Part shown: in pieces, positions 61,569 to 64,000 of the stretch
How positions within the stretch are numbered: the stretch's first letter is position 1
Layout: every line of letters starts with the position of its first letter
DNA from: Deltaproteobacteria bacterium
Lineage (GTDB): Bacteria > Desulfobacterota > GWC2-55-46
DNA length: 64,000 nucleotides
Direction of reading: 5' to 3'
NCBI GenBank assembly: GCA_020846435.1
Contig: JADLDY010000031.1
Location: 21,557 to 85,556 of the forward strand
Notes under the pieces: generated by a model
What the model saw: only the letters and a program-made list of their open reading frames with translations
What the model was told of the DNA's origin: nothing
Databases searched by the model: none
Translations under genes and position numbers: made by a program

Positions 61569-62585
61569 TTAGAGATCTTTGACCCAGTAGGCGCGCACAG
61601 CGCCATGTCCGCCGAAGCTCTCCTTGAAGCGGAAGAGCCCCCAGTTCACGACCGTGCCGCCGTGTTCTGTCGAGATGCCGAAGTTGACGAATTTGAGCTT
61701 CCTTGAGACGCCGAATTCCAGAAGGCGCAGTACGGCGAGGTTCAAGCCTCTTTTTTCCTGATGAGCGTAAAGGCTTCCGAAGTAAAAGACATGAGCCGCG
61801 TTCCTGTTCACAACGAATGTCACTATCCCTGCTATGATCTCCCCGCTGTCAAAGACCCCGACAAGCTGAACGTCATCCGGAAATCTCTTCTTCAAATCCA
61901 GAAGCTCTTCCTTAGTGTGAGTCGGCTTTGCCCCGTGTTTCAGGAGGTTCTCCGCGAGCACATCCCAGAAGGCGCTGAAGTGGGCTTCTTCCTGCGTTAT
62001 ACGCGCGTCTACGCAAGAAGAAAGGGCCTTTCTCGTCGAGCGTCTGCACGCCTCATTGAAGGTCTTTATGATGTCTTCTTCCGTTGGGGAAGGCCCGAAC
62101 TTCTCCAACGGCACGCATGTGGCAAGCTCTACTGCCCGCACCTCAAAGCCGTTCAGGCGGAAGGCGAAGTCGAGCTCGTCGGTCGGGTAGATGTTGTATA
62201 TCTTCGGGGCTATCCTGAATTCTATCCTCGAGCAGCCCTGGGCCCTGGCGTAATCGATAAGGTCGGCTGCCATCTGGTTCGCTTCGAGCACTCCCGGAGG
62301 GGTGTCTACGACGATACAGCCGAAAGACGACCCAGGGTGGGATTTCAATACCTTTACGCCGTGGTCATCGATGATGGCCGCCGGGAAGACGGCCTTCAGG
62401 GTGTTCTTCGAGAAGAACATCAGCGACGAGTCGATAAAGCGGGCGGCGGGGTGGTAGCCCAGAAACTTTTTCCTGTGGAAGATGGTGCCGTTTATCGAGC
62501 GTTCGACGAACTCGTCCCATATGAGAGAGTCTGACTCTTCAAAGGGCTTGACGGTCATCTTCGCCGTAAGGTTTCGTGGTTCCAT
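61569..62585 (-). CDS. GNAT-fold acyltransferase, FemAB/BioF2-like (Acetyltransf_6-type)
   Basis: About 338 aa two-lobed GNAT-like architecture; assignment by overall pattern only. Confidence 0.45.
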   Translation of the reverse strand: MEPRNLTAKMTVKPFEESDSLIWDEFVERSINGTIFHRKKFLGYHPAARFIDSSLMFFSKNTLKAVFPAAIIDDHGVKVLKSHPGSSFGCIVVDTPPGVLEANQMAADLIDYARAQGCSRIEFRIAPKIYNIYPTDELDFAFRLNGFEVRAVELATCVPLEKFGPSPTEEDIIKTFNEACRRSTRKALSSCVDARITQEEAHFSAFWDVLAENLLKHGAKPTHTKEELLDLKKRFPDDVQLVGVFDSGEIIAGIVTFVVNRNAAHVFYFGSLYAHQEKRGLNLAVLRLLEFGVSRKLKFVNFGISTEHGGTVVNWGLFRFKESFGGHGAVRAYWVKDL

Positions 62586-62770
62586 GTCTGGTGTCCCGGC
62601 TGTTTTTGTGGCCGGAGGCTTGATCTCTCCGGGAAAACGCAGGATATGTTACTTCTTCCGGCCTGTTTGGTCAACAGGAGAAAACCGGTCTGGAAACGGG
62701 TGTTTACAGGCCGGAAAAACCTGTGCTAAACTCATCCCTGAAAAAACTCCGCTCATTACGCCGGGACAGG

Positions 62771-64000
62771 ATGCGTGACAGGAAAGAACTTATCTTGAGG
62801 ATTGTTTTCCCGCTTATCCTCGTCGCGGCGGCGCTCTTTTTTATCTCGCCTGTATTCCACGATATCAACAATGTCGGGGTCTCTGACTGGGACAGCCACT
62901 TTTTCTTCCACGCCGTCCCCTTGAGGACCATTGCCGAGTTCGGCCAGTTCCCGCTGTGGAACCCGTACTACTGCGGCGGCAACGCCATGCTCGCGAGCCC
63001 GGAGTCGAACTTTCTTGCCCCTTCCTTCATCTTCGTTCTCCTTTTTGGAGAGGTCGTCGGCGTAAAACTCATAATAGCCTTCTACGCCGTCATGGGCTTT
63101 ATCGGCATGTACCTCCTTTCGCGCGTCCTGGGGATGAAGCGGGCTTCTTCGCTTGTCCCGGCGGTGATTTTCATGACGAGCAGCTGGTTTGCCTTGAGGA
63201 TAAGCGAGGGGCACTCCTCTTTCCTGCCGTTTGGCCTCATGCCGTTCGTCGCGGCGATGTACATAAAGGCTCTGGATGAGAAGAACTGGCTGAAGTGGGC
63301 GGCGGCCGCGTCATTTTTCTACGCGTGGATGATTCTTGGCGGCGGGGTATACCCGTTCACCGTGACGAGCATGTTCCTTGGCGCTTATTGCCTGCTTTCG
63401 ATTATAAGGACGAGGTCGATAAAGCCCGTCATCGCGCTCATCTCCATAGTCGTCATGGCTTTTCTTTTGAGCGCGGTCAAGGCCATACCCCAGTACGAGT
63501 TCATGAGCTCCTTCCCGAGGAAGACAGAGGCTGTCGAGTACCATTCAATAGAGCTTCTCGGCAAGTCGCTCTTCAGCCGCAACCAGCGCGTGGTGACGCA
63601 GACAGAAGATTTCTACCTCAAGGCAGGCGAGACTAAAGAGGAGTACAATAAGACCTTCTGGTCAGGGGCCAGACCCTGGGGCTGGCACGAGTATGGCGCG
63701 TTCACGGGCTTTGCGGCGTTTGTCCTGTTTGTGGCTTCCATTGTTTCCATAAGAAGAGCGTGGCCGTGGATATTGATCTCTGTCGGCGCGCTCCTGATGT
63801 CGCTCGGCGAGTTCTCGCCAATCGATATCTGGTCAATCCTCCACAGACTGCCTGTCGTCAGCTCTCTTCACGGCTCGTCGAGGGTCATGCCTCTTTTCGT
63901 ATTCGCTTTCGCCATAGCCGCGGGGTTCGCTCTTTCAAGGTTTGAAGAGGCCGTGGGAAAAAAGAGTAAGCTGGCCGGAAGCCTCCTTGCGGTGGCCGTC
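62771..64000 (+). CDS. Polytopic integral membrane protein, partial (runs off window end); possible polysaccharide-associated glycosyltransferase/assembly protein
   Basis: Open frame from ATG 62771 to window end (410 codons, no stop; not in ORF track). At least 10 hydrophobic segments. Confidence 0.6.
   Translation, partial: MRDRKELILRIVFPLILVAAALFFISPVFHDINNVGVSDWDSHFFFHAVPLRTIAEFGQFPLWNPYYCGGNAMLASPESNFLAPSFIFVLLFGEVVGVKLIIAFYAVMGFIGMYLLSRVLGMKRASSLVPAVIFMTSSWFALRISEGHSSFLPFGLMPFVAAMYIKALDEKNWLKWAAAASFFYAWMILGGGVYPFTVTSMFLGAYCLLSIIRTRSIKPVIALISIVVMAFLLSAVKAIPQYEFMSSFPRKTEAVEYHSIELLGKSLFSRNQRVVTQTEDFYLKAGETKEEYNKTFWSGARPWGWHEYGAFTGFAAFVLFVASIVSIRRAWPWILISVGALLMSLGEFSPIDIWSILHRLPVVSSLHGSSRVMPLFVFAFAIAAGFALSRFEEAVGKKSKLAGSLLAVAV

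Overview
High-GC (about 60%) bacterial chromosomal segment with dense coding on both strands and no obvious prophage, integron or CRISPR. Most genes are core functions. These include ileS (partial), uvrB, a short-form metH, greA, lemA, argC-rpsI-rplM, ligA, ssrA/smpB, rsmB, tsaC, purE/purD/purH, mlaFED, alr, and an archaeal-type FBP aldolase/phosphatase. The most system-like region is a 10-gene chemosensory operon (about 28.7-38.5 kb): MCP-CheY-STAS-CheA-MCP-CheW-CheR-HK-like-CheD-CheB. It carries an embedded anti-sigma-antagonist (STAS) protein and a histidine-kinase-like protein whose H-box histidine is replaced by Asn, which suggests a chemosensory pathway coupled to a partner-switching output rather than (or in addition to) motility. 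Two families of dispersed intergenic repeats occur in this window: family A, about 125 bp, 3 copies; family B, about 110-210 bp, at least 8 full or partial copies in both orientations. A minus-strand gene string (16.4-22.4 kb) links a PFL-AE-like radical SAM enzyme, a HypE/ThiL-like AIR-synthase-related protein, a Zn-ribbon protein, an MTH1187-family protein, a CopD-like membrane protein, a SAM methyltransferase and a macro-domain protein. The 3' end (57.6-64 kb) is a sugar-modification/polysaccharide locus (WbpB/WbpE-like oxidoreductase plus aminotransferase, MTase, GT2, FemAB-like GNAT, polytopic membrane protein). All calls are from reading the sequence and ORF translations; no database searches were run.
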